In this document: piece after piece, positions 63,785 to 64,000 of the stretch | Position numbering within the stretch: position 1 is the stretch's first letter | Layout: the number at the start of each line of letters is the position of its first letter | Origin: Verrucomicrobiota bacterium | GTDB lineage: Bacteria > Verrucomicrobiota > Verrucomicrobiia > Chthoniobacterales > UBA10450 | Length of the DNA stretch: 64,000 bases | Assembly: GCA_003219125.1 (NCBI GenBank) | Contig: QHPP01000111.1 | Span: 931 to 64,930 of the forward strand | Direction: 5' to 3' | Program-made: the position numbers and the translations under genes | Notes under the pieces: model-generated | Told to the model about the DNA's origin: nothing | Seen by the model: the letters and a program-made list of their open reading frames with translations, nothing else | Databases searched by the model: none

Positions 63785-64000
63785 CAAACCAAGCGTTTGC
63801 CCAAGCTGACTTCGGTCTTTAGCCTTCGAACGTGGCAGCTTAGCGGGCTTGCGCCAAGGCTCCGGACAATCTGCCGCTCGAACGCTTCTTTGAAATTCGG
63901 CGAATCACTTGCAAGCCGTGTTTGGTTTCGTAAGCCTCTGGCGCTCTGAGGGCCATGAATGCCAATGTCACAGCAGAGCTGAGGGTGAGGGCACCGCTGA

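Noticed and set aside
63956-64000. Start of a further + strand ORF (MNANVTAELRVRAPL...)
   Set aside because: Only 15 codons are visible, which is too short to support a feature call.
1-64000. Search for CRISPR arrays, IS elements/transposases, integrases, rRNA genes and toxin-antitoxin or other defence systems
   Set aside because: I saw no regularly spaced direct repeats, no transposase- or recombinase-like ORFs and no rRNA-like sequence by eye. The only repeats found are the ones reported: the terminator module, the sulfotransferase duplication, the 24 nt tandem repeat and the small ORF/hairpin unit.

Overview
The window is one co-directional polysaccharide locus. Every gene I can support lies on the + strand. 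Positions 2344-49331 hold about 40 exopolysaccharide/O-antigen-type biosynthesis genes. These include an initiating sugar-phosphate transferase, two divergent WbpB/WbpD/WbpE-like cassettes plus a WbpA-like dehydrogenase (2,3-diacetamido uronic acid chemistry), and a Wzz/kinase-like co-polymerase. They also include a Wzy/O-antigen-ligase-like protein, a Wzx flippase, GT2/GT4/GT9 glycosyltransferases, Glf (galactofuranose), GmhA (heptose) and a FemAB-like acyltransferase. The rest are two AsnB-like amidotransferases, several deacetylase-like proteins, four sulfotransferases and CysQ. Positions 47279-63117 hold a complete exosortase/PEP-CTERM sorting and regulation module: an exosortase, a Wza-like exporter, PrsK/PrsR/PrsT and four proteins with a [VIT]PD-x-G/D-x-T type PEP-CTERM tail, one of them frameshifted. 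Three of these substrate genes carry near-consensus sigma-54 (-24/-12) promoters, which fits control by the sigma-54 activator PrsR. At the left edge are a truncated second sigma-54 activator and a 1.6 kb gap with no long + strand gene. That gap contains three tandem tiny ORFs sharing a DL-x-P...GG motif and a duplicated stem-loop. At the right edge is a NusG/RfaH-like paralog. A non-canonical tRNA-Thr(CGU)-like element sits inside the locus at 31716-31787. I saw no CRISPR array, IS element, integrase or rRNA. The PEP-CTERM variant and domain types suggest a Verrucomicrobiota-like (or related PVC/Acidobacteria) origin, but that is recollection-based inference. All function calls come from by-eye motif recognition, and no searches were run.
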